Of a stretch of 64,000 nt of DNA, positions 50,184-62,477 are shown one piece after another; within the stretch, counting starts at the first letter, position 1; each line of letters opens with the position of its first letter. The DNA lies in NCBI GenBank assembly GCA_965243025.1, contig CBDETY010000003.1, positions 4,000,001-4,064,000 on the forward strand, in the 5' to 3' direction. The translations under genes were made by a program, and so were the position numbers. This DNA comes from Candidatus Latescibacterota bacterium. GTDB taxonomy: Bacteria; Latescibacterota; UBA2968; UBA8231. Under the pieces are notes generated by a model, which did no database searches, was not told the DNA's origin, and saw only the letters and a program-made list of their open reading frames with translations.

Positions 50184-51740
50184 CAGGCTGTTGAAAAAGT
50201 CCTATTTCCTAATAAAAACATAGCCTCAGACGATTGCCCGTCGTACCCGCCCTTTTCTAGATTTATGAAAGATCCAAGAAAAACGAGCCGATGCCCCAAG
50301 GAGGCCGGTGATGTCGATGAGCAAACGTCGGAAAAGTCAGCAGCAGGAGATCTGGGTGCCGACCCATACCCTCCCCGAGACCCCGAGCCATCCGTTTTAC
50401 ACCCAACTCAACCGGCTGCTGGAAGAGCATGGGTTTGATTCCTTTGTAGAAGAGCAGTGCGCCCCGTATTACGCCCAGAGGTTGGGCCGTCCCAGTATTG
50501 CTCCCGGGGTGTATTTCCGCATGCTCATGATCGGCTATTTCGAAGGCCTGGGATCGGAGCGGGCCATTGCCTGGCGGGTCGCCGATTCGTTGGCTCTGCG
50601 TCGCTTTCTCGGCTACGCCCTGACCGAGTCCACCCCGGATCATTCGAGCCTGTCGCGTATTCGTCAGCGCCTGCCCGAAGCGGTGCACGAAGCGGTCTTC
50701 GACTGGGTGCTGAAGGTGTTGTCCGACCGGGACCTGCTGCAGGGAAAGACGGTGGCGGTGGACGCCACCACGCTGGAGGCCAACGCGGCGATGCGCAGCA
50801 TCGTGCGCCGGGATACGGGCCAGGGCTACCGCGAGTATCTGGAAGGGTTGGCCCGGGCCGAAGGCATTCCGGAGCCGACCCGGCAGGAGGTGGCCCGGCT
50901 CGACCGCAAGCGGGCCAACAAGGCGTCCAACCGGGACTGGGCGCATCCCCATGATCGGGAGGCCCGCATAACCAGGATGAAAGACGGCCGCACGCATATG
51001 GCCCACAAGGCCGAACATACGGTCGATCTGGACACGCAGGCGCTGGTGGCCCTGCAGGTGTGCGGCGCCGATGAAGGGGATACCGCGTCGCTGCTGTGGA
51101 GTCTGGTGCAGGCGGACCGCAGCCTGAAAGAGGTCGGTGTCGATGAGCAGATCAGGCTGAGCGAAGTGGTGGCGGACCGGGGGTATCACAGCAATGACAC
51201 GATGAAGATGCTGAGGACGGCGGAGATCCGCAGCTACGTGGCCGAACCGGATCGCGGTCGGCGCAACTGGAAGAAGGATGCGCCGGCCAAGACGGCGGTG
51301 TATGCGAATCGTCGGCGTATACGGGGAGACCGCGGCAAGAGGCTGCAGCGGCTTCGCGCCGAGCACGTGGAGCGCAGTTTCGCTCATACCTACGAAACGG
51401 GAGGCATGCGCCGCACTCACCTGCGCGGCCACACCAACATCTACAAGCGTCTGTGTATTCATGGCGGCGCCTTCAATCTCGGGCTGGTGATGCGCAAGCT
51501 CACCGGAAAGGGAACGCCGAAAGGGTTGTATGGATTGGCATCGGTTTTCTCGACTTTTGCCGATCGCGCAAACGCTCTTTTGGGTCGAATTTTCGGTTAT
51601 TTGCGATTGTTGAGCTGTCCTTTTCGGGACCATTTCTATAAATGGGAATGTTTAGCCTGATAACCGATTTTCTTGGGAAAGGAAATCATACATCCGCGAC
51701 GTCCGGGGTTTCCGGAATAACCCGGATTTTCAACGGCCTG
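50184..51740 (+). mobile_element. IS1182/IS5-like insertion sequence with a CTAG target duplication
   Basis: Inverted repeats CAGGCTGTTGAAAA and TTTTCAACGGCCTG, flanked by CTAG at 50180-50183 and 51741-51744. Confidence 0.9.
50308..51660 (+). CDS. IS1182/IS5-like DDE transposase (DUF772 N-terminus)
   Basis: GRPSIAP, SER, TPDHSSLSR, VDATTLEANA, VADRGY, VERSFAH. Confidence 0.92.
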   Translation: MMSMSKRRKSQQQEIWVPTHTLPETPSHPFYTQLNRLLEEHGFDSFVEEQCAPYYAQRLGRPSIAPGVYFRMLMIGYFEGLGSERAIAWRVADSLALRRFLGYALTESTPDHSSLSRIRQRLPEAVHEAVFDWVLKVLSDRDLLQGKTVAVDATTLEANAAMRSIVRRDTGQGYREYLEGLARAEGIPEPTRQEVARLDRKRANKASNRDWAHPHDREARITRMKDGRTHMAHKAEHTVDLDTQALVALQVCGADEGDTASLLWSLVQADRSLKEVGVDEQIRLSEVVADRGYHSNDTMKMLRTAEIRSYVAEPDRGRRNWKKDAPAKTAVYANRRRIRGDRGKRLQRLRAEHVERSFAHTYETGGMRRTHLRGHTNIYKRLCIHGGAFNLGLVMRKLTGKGTPKGLYGLASVFSTFADRANALLGRIFGYLRLLSCPFRDHFYKWECLA

Positions 51741-51857
51741 CTAGATGTGCCTGTGGGCCGCGAGACATTTCGACTTGTCCGCCCCGACGCTTCAGAACCA
51801 AGCGCTGGTGGGCGACAGCGGGTTGGCCGCACTGGGCGTGCCGGCGGAGGCTGACGA

Positions 51858-55001
<3,144 letters not shown>

Positions 55002-55093
55002 GAGGGATGCCCGGTTCCTCTATTCAATGCTCCCCAACAGGGCCGTGGGGAATCCAAGCTGAGCCTGAATGAGTTCTGCGGGTAGAAGGCTGA

Positions 55094-55309
55094 ATGAAGT
55101 ATTCAGTGGTAGTCCATCAGGCTGAAGAAGGCGGTTTCTGGGTAGAGGTTCCGGCTCTGCCCGGCGGCTATTCCCAAGGCGAGTCGATAGGGGAAACTCT
55201 CGAAAACGTCAGGGAAGCCATCGAGCTGTACCTGGAAGTGCTCAGAGACGAAGGTCAGGACGCGCCCAGAGACACCGATGTAGTCTATCAAATAAGCGTG
55301 GCTGTGTAG
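55094..55309 (+). CDS. HicB family antitoxin (orphan)
   Basis: MKYSVVVHQAEEGGFWVEVPALPGGYSQGESIGETLENVREAIELYLE. Confidence 0.85.
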   Translation: MKYSVVVHQAEEGGFWVEVPALPGGYSQGESIGETLENVREAIELYLEVLRDEGQDAPRDTDVVYQISVAV

Positions 55310-55482
55310 CCGAACCAATGACGGCCATGCCTGTCAACACTGGTTTCCTCGTCCGGTGCATCAACACTCTTCAACCACCCCTCGAGACAAACGACAGCGC
55401 GGTGCGGGTGCTTGGGGACCGGGGATAAGCTGCACTCCGGCACCCTGCATCAGAGCATTGCTCTTTCCTCTGTTCAAAAATT

Positions 55483-55520
55483 TTGCACCTTTGCCGAGTA
55501 CTCCTTACTATATTTGGGAG
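55483..55520 (+). promoter_or_regulatory. sigma70-type promoter of higBA with a possible operator
   Basis: TTGCAC-N17-TACTAT, overlapped by the short inverted repeat CTCC...GGAG. Confidence 0.55.
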
Positions 55521-55562
55521 CAATTTACATTATATCATTTGTGGGAGGATCGTTGGGCGGTA

Positions 55563-55856
55563 GTGAGAATCCTTTCGAGACGGGTGCTCAGGGATTTCTG
55601 GGTGAGGCACCCCGATGCCGAGGAGCCCCTCAATACCTGGTTCAAGAGGGTCCGCAGCGAAGACTGGTCCACTCCCGCCATCCTGCAGGAACTCTGGCCA
55701 AGGGCCAGCATCGTTGGCCGAGATCGGGCTGTGTTTCGAATCAAGGGCAACCACTACCGCCTCGTCGTCAAGGTCTCCTACCCCGGACGTGTGGTGTATA
55801 TACGGTTCGTGGGCACTCACGCCGAGTACAACCGGATCAACGTTGAAGAGGTGTAA
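55563..55856 (+). CDS. higB: HigB family toxin (mRNA interferase)
   Basis: MRILSRRVLRDFW.RHPDAEEPL..W...VFRIKGNHYRLVV...YIRFVGTHAEY. Confidence 0.93.
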   Translation: MRILSRRVLRDFWVRHPDAEEPLNTWFKRVRSEDWSTPAILQELWPRASIVGRDRAVFRIKGNHYRLVVKVSYPGRVVYIRFVGTHAEYNRINVEEV

Positions 55857-55858
55857 AA

Positions 55859-57103
55859 ATGGCAGCCATCCGACCGATCCGCACCGAGGAAGACTACGAA
55901 GCGGCATTGGCCCGCATATCGGAGCTCATGGATGCTCTTTCCCCGCCGGAGGGGCAGATCGAGGACGAAGACGATCCTGGCAGACTCGAGCTCGATGTCC
56001 TCTCCGACCTGGTTGAGCGATACGAAGACAAGCACTATCCCATCGGGCTCCCCAGTGTAACCGCCGCCATCGAATTCCAGATGGACCAGATGGGCATGAC
56101 CCAGAGGGACCTCATACCGTTCCTCGGAAGCAGCGCCAAGGTGTCCGAAATCCTGTCCGGCAAGCGTTCCATCACCATGGCCATGGCCCGGGCGCTGCAT
56201 CGCCATCTCCGGATACCGGCGGACCTGCTGCTGCAAGAGCCCGGCGCAACGCTTCCCGAAGAACTGCCCGGTTTCGAGTGGACCCGGTTTCCGCTGAAGG
56301 CGATGGCCAGGGCGGGCTGGATTCCCGACATCCCCGACCTGAAGGACCGCGCCGAGGAACTGATCGGCGGCCTGATCGATCGGGCCGGGGGACGAGAGTT
56401 CGCCACCCAACCGATGTACCGCAGGAACGACCAGCGGCGAATCAACGCCAAGACCGACGACTACGCCCTGCAGGCGTGGTGCTGGCAGGTGATCGCAAGG
56501 GCCCGGGAGCCCGCAATGAAGCCCCGCCCACCCAGCGCGGTTACCCCCGAGTTCCTGCGGGAGGTTGCCCGTCTGAGCACGTCGGAGGACGGTCCGGTTC
56601 GGGCCCGCGACTTCCTGGCCGGGCACGGCATCGGCTTGGAGTACGTGCCCCATCTGCCCCGGACCCACCTGGACGGCGCGGCCCTCCGGCTCCCCGACGG
56701 CCGGCCGGTGGTCGGGCTGACCCTTCGCTACGACCGTATCGACAACTTCTGGTTTACCCTGTTACACGAACTGGGCCACGTCGGGCTACATCTGGGCGAC
56801 GGCAGCGACGAGACCGGGTTCGTGGACGACCTCAGCCTGCGAGGTGTTGAATCCGGCGGAACCCATCCAACGGAACACGAAGCGGACCAACTCGCACAGG
56901 ACGCCCTGGTTCCGGCGAAAGTCTGGGACGACGGAACCATCCTGGAAAACCCGGGGCCGATGGCGGTGCTGCAAATGTCGTGGGAAGCCCAGGTCCACCC
57001 GGCAGTCATCGCCGGCCGTGTCCGCCATGAGTCGGGAAACTACCGGCTATTGTCTCAATTCGTGGGGACGGGAGAGGTGCGCCGGCAGTTTGAGGGAGGT
57101 TAG
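55859..57103 (+). CDS. higA: HigA antitoxin (Xre HTH) fused to an ImmA/IrrE metallopeptidase
   Basis: IRPIRTEEDYEAAL, VSEILSGKRSIT, LDGAA, LTLRYDRIDNFWFTLLHELGH, EHEAD. Confidence 0.9.
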   Translation: MAAIRPIRTEEDYEAALARISELMDALSPPEGQIEDEDDPGRLELDVLSDLVERYEDKHYPIGLPSVTAAIEFQMDQMGMTQRDLIPFLGSSAKVSEILSGKRSITMAMARALHRHLRIPADLLLQEPGATLPEELPGFEWTRFPLKAMARAGWIPDIPDLKDRAEELIGGLIDRAGGREFATQPMYRRNDQRRINAKTDDYALQAWCWQVIARAREPAMKPRPPSAVTPEFLREVARLSTSEDGPVRARDFLAGHGIGLEYVPHLPRTHLDGAALRLPDGRPVVGLTLRYDRIDNFWFTLLHELGHVGLHLGDGSDETGFVDDLSLRGVESGGTHPTEHEADQLAQDALVPAKVWDDGTILENPGPMAVLQMSWEAQVHPAVIAGRVRHESGNYRLLSQFVGTGEVRRQFEGG

Positions 57104-57117
57104 AGGAGACGGTTCCA

Positions 57118-57260
57118 CCATTTCCATTAACCAAGCAGCAGCCGGAAAATTTGTTCTTGGGGAGGACCTGGGGCTCACCGATGTCAAAGGCATTCAACGT
57201 CCTAATTCCCCCCAAGGGCGTACTTGGGACGATGGCCTTGGGCTCTGCTCGGAGGCGCTT
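57118..57260 (+). pseudogene. Degenerate remnant homologous to the 3' end of the Schlafen-domain gene (about 46826-46979)
   Basis: ISINQ..GKFVLGEDLGLTDVKG versus [26 protein letters not shown]. Shared DNA blocks GCAGCAGCCGG, GGCTCACCGATGTCAA and TGGGACGAT. Confidence 0.75.
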
Positions 57261-57334
57261 TACATACATGCAGCGCACCGGCAAGTCTGCCGCCAATCTG
57301 GACGATCTATCCCTTTTTTGCCATCGAGAAAGAA

Positions 57335-58198
57335 ATGCCTTCAACAGCATCACGACTCCGTTCGGATTTTGATTATCTAATCGAAAGGTTGGATGACCTT
57401 ATTCGGGACCTGCCAGTCAAACGACGTAATCGAAATGGGGGAGGGTTGTTAATCATCGCTCCGGAGTTTTATTGGGGTGAGCCGTCTGCCGAACACCTTA
57501 ATCGTCAACTAGCGATAAAGCGAGATTATGAAGAATGGTTCGAGGTTTTTCAATCTATTTTTGTCACCGCCACTGACGACATTAACAAAAAAATCGAAAA
57601 GGCTGATAAACGCCTTCGGATGTGGATCGAACTAAGTTCGAACTGGTCGCTTAGGCAAGACTCCGCATCAAATGCAGAAAGCCTCCTCGCAGATGCAGAG
57701 CTCTTTCGGAGGATATTTTCAATAATTGAAGCCGGTGGAGGTGATTCTTCCCCAATTCTAATTCCTGATACAAACACGATAGCTGACTGGCAGGACCCGA
57801 CTCTTTATAGGGACATCATTGGGGATGACAGGTTCGTATTTTTTTTGTTACCGACCGTTCTTGCTGAGTTGGATTCACTGAAAAATTCTCACCGGAATGT
57901 CGAATTTCGCGAGAAGGTGAAAAAGGTAATCAGGAGAGTAAAGGGATGGCGGAATCAAGGCACTCTTCGCGATGGCGTCATAGTAGATGAAACCATCACC
58001 GTCAGGGCAGTCGCAAACGAACCGGATATGGAACACACTTTACCTTGGCTCGATAAAGACAATCGTGACGACCGGATCATCGCGTCTGTTTTAGAAGTCC
58101 AATCTGCTCATCCTACCACGAGTGTGATTCTCGTAACAGGAGATATCAACTTGCTGAACAAAGCTGATGTTGCTCGGATAGAAACTGCCGAACTTTAA
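57335..58198 (+). CDS. PIN domain (PIN_4-like) protein with a helical N-terminal domain
   Basis: LIPDTN, PTVLAELDSLK, DDRII, LVTGDINL..KA; low GC. Confidence 0.85.
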   Translation: MPSTASRLRSDFDYLIERLDDLIRDLPVKRRNRNGGGLLIIAPEFYWGEPSAEHLNRQLAIKRDYEEWFEVFQSIFVTATDDINKKIEKADKRLRMWIELSSNWSLRQDSASNAESLLADAELFRRIFSIIEAGGGDSSPILIPDTNTIADWQDPTLYRDIIGDDRFVFFLLPTVLAELDSLKNSHRNVEFREKVKKVIRRVKGWRNQGTLRDGVIVDETITVRAVANEPDMEHTLPWLDKDNRDDRIIASVLEVQSAHPTTSVILVTGDINLLNKADVARIETAEL

Positions 58199-58321
58199 AG
58201 GAAATGTAGAGGGATTTTTGGGCCGCATCGAAGGAGATTCCCCAATGGTTACCATAGGTCTTTCCCACCCAATGACCGCTGAATCCCTGCCATCCATGAT
58301 CCCAATCCCGGGAGGCATTCC

Positions 58322-59116
58322 ATGCCGATGAAGGAGCGCGTTCACCATCTCCTGGCCGTATCGACCGACGGAGACCCCCACAGCCGGGCCGTGGACCTCG
58401 GCATCCTCGGGCTGATCTTCCTCAACATCCTGGCGCTGACCCTGGAAACGGTGGAGCCGGTCTATTCCCTGAGTCCGGCCGCCTTTCACTGGTTCGAGCG
58501 GATCTCCCTGATCATCTTCAGCATCGAGTACTTCCTGCGCATGTGGTCCTGCACCGCTGACCCGAAGTACCCCCGCCCCATCCTCGGCCGGCTCCGGTTC
58601 TTCGCGACGCCGCTGGCCCTCATCGACCTGCTCGCCATCCTGCCGCTCTACCTGCCCCTGATGGGCATGGACATGCGGTTCATCCGCATCGTCCGCATGC
58701 TGCGCTTCTTCCGCCTGGCGAAGCTGTTCCGCTATTCGAGCGCGCTGAGGCTGCTCGGCCGGGTGATTCTCGGCAAACGGGGAGAGCTGACCAGCATCTT
58801 CTTCGTGCTGCTGACGATGCTGGTGATCTCCTCCTCGCTCATGTACTTCGCCGAGCACGACGATCAGCCGGACAAGTTCTCCAGCATCCCGCAGACCATG
58901 TGGTGGGGGGTGATCACCCTGACCACGGTGGGGTACGGCGACTACTACCCGGTCACGGCGATGGGGAAGGTCATCGCCGCCTGCATCGCCGTGCTGGGCA
59001 TCGGCATGTTCGCCCTGCCCGCAGGAATCCTCGGGGCCGGCTTCGTCGACGAGCTGCAGAGCCGGCACGAGCACGCGCGGCACTGCCCCAACTGCGGGCA
59101 CAAGCTGGAAGACTAG
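58322..59116 (+). CDS. Voltage-gated potassium channel (6TM) with a C-terminal CPNC motif
   Basis: S4 RIVRMLRFFRLAKLFR and the pore signature TTVGYGD. Confidence 0.93.
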   Translation: MPMKERVHHLLAVSTDGDPHSRAVDLGILGLIFLNILALTLETVEPVYSLSPAAFHWFERISLIIFSIEYFLRMWSCTADPKYPRPILGRLRFFATPLALIDLLAILPLYLPLMGMDMRFIRIVRMLRFFRLAKLFRYSSALRLLGRVILGKRGELTSIFFVLLTMLVISSSLMYFAEHDDQPDKFSSIPQTMWWGVITLTTVGYGDYYPVTAMGKVIAACIAVLGIGMFALPAGILGAGFVDELQSRHEHARHCPNCGHKLED

Positions 59117-59156
59117 GGGGCCATGCAAATCCCGCCACCCGGATTTTTCCGCAGGT

Positions 59157-59966
59157 ATGACTCACCCTGATGTGAACCACGCCGGGTCCCATTCGCAGGA
59201 GATCGAGCGCGCCGCCGGTTTCCTGCGCGGATGCCGGAGCCTGCTCTTCGTAACGGGGGCCGGCATCTCCGCGGATTCCGGCATTCCGACCTACCGGGGC
59301 GTGGGAGGGCTCTACGACGTCGATCCCACCGAGGACGGCATGCCTATCGAGAGGGTGCTGTCGGGGAATACCATGAGGCGGGACCCGGCGCTCACCTGGA
59401 AATACCTGGGACAGATCGAGTCCGCCTGCCGGGGGGCGCGGTTCAACCGGGCCCACGCGGTGGTGGCGGAGATGGAGAACCACTTCGAACGAGTCTGGAC
59501 CCTGACCCAGAACGTCGACGGGTTCCACCGCGCCGCCGGTTCGAGGAACGTGATCGACATACACGGAGACCTCCACCGGCTCATGTGCACGGCCTGTGCC
59601 TTCCGGGAGACGGTCGAGGACTTCCGCCACCTCGAGCTGCCGCCGCTCTGCCCCCGCTGCGAAGCCATGCTGCGGCCCGACGTCGTGCTGTTCGGGGAGA
59701 TGCTTCCCCTCGACAAGGTCCAACGGATGAAGGCAGAGCTGGCAATCGGGTTCGACTGCGTCTTCACCGTTGGCACCTCCAGCCTCTTTCCCTATATCTC
59801 GGGGCCGGTTGAGGCAGCCCGCCGGCAGGGCCGGCCCACCATAGAGATCAACCCGGGCTCCAGCGACGTGTCCCACCTGGTGGACGTGAAGGTTCCCCTC
59901 GGGGCCGCCCGGGGCCTGGACCTTGTCTGGAGCTGTTACCGCGAGCAGGAGAAGGTGCCCGCATGA
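59157..59966 (+). CDS. cobB: NAD-dependent protein deacylase (sirtuin)
   Basis: TGAGISADSGIPTYRG, TQNVDGFH, IHG, CxxC..CxxC, RPDVVLFGE, VGTS, EINP. Confidence 0.9.
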   Translation: MTHPDVNHAGSHSQEIERAAGFLRGCRSLLFVTGAGISADSGIPTYRGVGGLYDVDPTEDGMPIERVLSGNTMRRDPALTWKYLGQIESACRGARFNRAHAVVAEMENHFERVWTLTQNVDGFHRAAGSRNVIDIHGDLHRLMCTACAFRETVEDFRHLELPPLCPRCEAMLRPDVVLFGEMLPLDKVQRMKAELAIGFDCVFTVGTSSLFPYISGPVEAARRQGRPTIEINPGSSDVSHLVDVKVPLGAARGLDLVWSCYREQEKVPA

Positions 59967-62476
59967 GAAAGATTCGCCACTACTTGTCGATGGCCGCTTT
60001 CGCCCTGGCCCTGGCCTTCCCGGGGCCGGGGAATGCCGCCGACTCCGGCTCGCCGCCCGTGCTTTCGGCGCTCCTCGCCGACTTCGAGGACGCCGAAGGG
60101 ATGGCGCGCTGGGAACTGGCGCCCACCCTGACGCCGATGCGCTGGGAGCTCGACACCGACCGCGTCCGCCACGGCCGGGCATCCGCTCGGCTCGCGGTCC
60201 CGTCCGTCAGTGAGGGCGGAGTCTCCACGGACGAGACCTGGAAGGGCCGCGGCTGGCCGGCGGTCCACCTCACCGAAGAGAAGCTTCCGGTGCGGGACTG
60301 GTCCCCCTACCGGCACCTGGTCTTCGAGGCATTCAACCCCGCCCGACTCCAACCCGTGCACCTGTGGATCCGCCTCGGCAACCACCCCAAGCTCGAGCAG
60401 GCCGTCCTGCAGCCGGGCTGGCAGACCGTGCGCGTCGACGTCGACCATGTCTCGGCCATCGACGAGCTGCGCTTCTTCTTCGCCGATCCCCCGCGGAAAA
60501 TCGAGATCAACCTCGACCACGTCCGTCTCGAGACCGGGGACCTGGGGGACGTGCGCCGGCTCGCTGGCCGCGCCGCCGAGCTCATCGCCGGCATCGAGGA
60601 GGAACCGCGAACCCGCCACGTGCGCGCCAACCTGCGGGAGATCGAAGGGGAGCTCGACAGGATCGCCGGGCAGTGGACGCAGATCGCCGCGGACCGGGAC
60701 GAAGCCGCGGCCGGGCGCTGGGCGGGACAGGTGCGCGGGATCCGGAACAGGCTGGCGCGGGTGGTTGTCCGGGCAAAGGAGGACCGGTTCGCGGTGCAGG
60801 CCGGGGAGACCGGCTGGGGGTACGGCTGGACCCACGGCATGACGAAGGTCTTCCGCGATTCCCGGGAGCTGCCGTTCGCCGGCGAGATCGGCGGCACCGT
60901 GCGGGTCGAGCTGGCGGCCAACGAGAGCGAGGGGGTGCAGCTGGTTCTGCGCTACCCCGCGGTCCCCGCCACCTATCCCCTGCGGGACGTGCGCGTTGCC
61001 GTCAGCGACCTGGACGGACCTGACGGAAACCGCATCGAGTCGGGGCAGGTGGAGGTGCTGCCGGTCGGCTACGTCAACACCCGGCCGCCCCCCTACCACG
61101 TCGAGCACGAGGGCTGGTGGCCGGACCCGCTGCTCGACTTCCTCGACGGCTTCGAGCTCGACGCCAACGTCTGGCAGCCGGTCTGGCTCGACGTGCGCAC
61201 CGCGCCCGACCAGGCGCCGGGTCTGTACTCCGGCACGATCACCGTCACCGCCGGGAGCCGCCGCGGCGAGGAGGCGCTGCCGCGGCTCGAGGTGCCGTTC
61301 GAGGTCGAGGTGTGGGACTTCGCCGTTCCGGTGGAGCACCACTTCCCCCTCTCCCTCACCTACTGGCCGCAGTCGAGCGGCGCCTTCTACTTCGACGACT
61401 ACGCCGACCTGGAGAAGATGCTGAAGTACATCGGCGGCCGGCTCGACGAATCCGGGCTCACCCCCCGGGCCCGGCACGTGGCCGAGGTCCATCGCAAGAG
61501 CGTCGACCTCGTGCTCGCCCACCGGATGTTCCCGGACGACATCTTCCGCTACCGCAAGGCCCCGCCGACCGAGTGGGTGCGGCTCTGGCACGAGCACGGC
61601 GCCCGCAGGTTCGTGCTGCTCGCCGTCCAGGCCTACGGCAACCTCCCGCGCGAGGAACCCTACCCGGCCGGACGCCGCAAGGTCCTGTTCGAGGCGCTCG
61701 CCGAGGGGGTGCCGCGCTTCCGGGAAGCGGGCCTGCTCGACATGGGCTACATGTTCACTTTCGACGAGGTGTCTGAGAACCGCTTCGAATCCATCATGGA
61801 CATCCACGGCGAGATCAAACGGCTGTACCCGGAAATCCCGCTGATGACGACGGCGTACGACGACTCCTACGGCATCGACACCGGCCTCGATCCCTACGTC
61901 GACATCTGGGTGCCGGGAATCAACGCCTACAACCAGACGACGCCGGGGGTTGCCGCGGCGCGCGAGCGGGGCCGCGAGATCTGGTGGTACATCACCGCCG
62001 GGCCGGACGAACCGTACCCGAACGTCCGCATCGAGGACGGCGCGGTCGAGCACCGGCTGCTGATGGGGTTCATGCCCTACCGGGCGGAAAGCGACGGCTT
62101 CCTCTACTGGTGCCTCAACCAGTGGTCGGAGACGGTCAACCGCGGGCCGCTCACCAACGCCCGCGGCGCCGGCACCGGCAGGTACAACGGCGCCGGCGTC
62201 ATCTTCTACCCGGGCCCGGACGGGCCGGTCGCCTCGATCCGCATGAAGAACATGCGGGACGGGCTGGAGGATTTCGAGTACCTGTGGCTGCTGGAGCAGG
62301 CCGCCGCGAAGGTCCGCAGCGGCGAGCTCGAGGTTGGGGAGGGGTGGCTGGAGCGCGCCGGGGCGGCCCTGGCGATCGACGACCGCCTCGGCTCCCTCAC
62401 CGACTACAGCCGCGACCCGGTTGACCTGCTCGAAGCTCGGCGCGAGATCGCGGCGCTCCTGGCCGAAGCTAACTGA
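59963..62476 (+). CDS. Secreted GH123-like / DUF4091 domain glycoside hydrolase
   Basis: Signal peptide, ANESEGVQL, WPDPL, QPVWL, GLYSGTITV, EVEVWDF, FDE, WWY, GFLYW, SIRMKNMRDGLEDFEY. Confidence 0.8.
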   Translation: MRKIRHYLSMAAFALALAFPGPGNAADSGSPPVLSALLADFEDAEGMARWELAPTLTPMRWELDTDRVRHGRASARLAVPSVSEGGVSTDETWKGRGWPAVHLTEEKLPVRDWSPYRHLVFEAFNPARLQPVHLWIRLGNHPKLEQAVLQPGWQTVRVDVDHVSAIDELRFFFADPPRKIEINLDHVRLETGDLGDVRRLAGRAAELIAGIEEEPRTRHVRANLREIEGELDRIAGQWTQIAADRDEAAAGRWAGQVRGIRNRLARVVVRAKEDRFAVQAGETGWGYGWTHGMTKVFRDSRELPFAGEIGGTVRVELAANESEGVQLVLRYPAVPATYPLRDVRVAVSDLDGPDGNRIESGQVEVLPVGYVNTRPPPYHVEHEGWWPDPLLDFLDGFELDANVWQPVWLDVRTAPDQAPGLYSGTITVTAGSRRGEEALPRLEVPFEVEVWDFAVPVEHHFPLSLTYWPQSSGAFYFDDYADLEKMLKYIGGRLDESGLTPRARHVAEVHRKSVDLVLAHRMFPDDIFRYRKAPPTEWVRLWHEHGARRFVLLAVQAYGNLPREEPYPAGRRKVLFEALAEGVPRFREAGLLDMGYMFTFDEVSENRFESIMDIHGEIKRLYPEIPLMTTAYDDSYGIDTGLDPYVDIWVPGINAYNQTTPGVAAARERGREIWWYITAGPDEPYPNVRIEDGAVEHRLLMGFMPYRAESDGFLYWCLNQWSETVNRGPLTNARGAGTGRYNGAGVIFYPGPDGPVASIRMKNMRDGLEDFEYLWLLEQAAAKVRSGELEVGEGWLERAGAALAIDDRLGSLTDYSRDPVDLLEARREIAALLAEAN

Positions 62477-62477
62477 A

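Noticed and set aside
59157-59966. Sirtuin as a Thoeris/DSR-type defence NADase
   Set aside because: It is a stand-alone CobB-type deacylase with a Zn ribbon and genome-like GC, outside the low-GC island.
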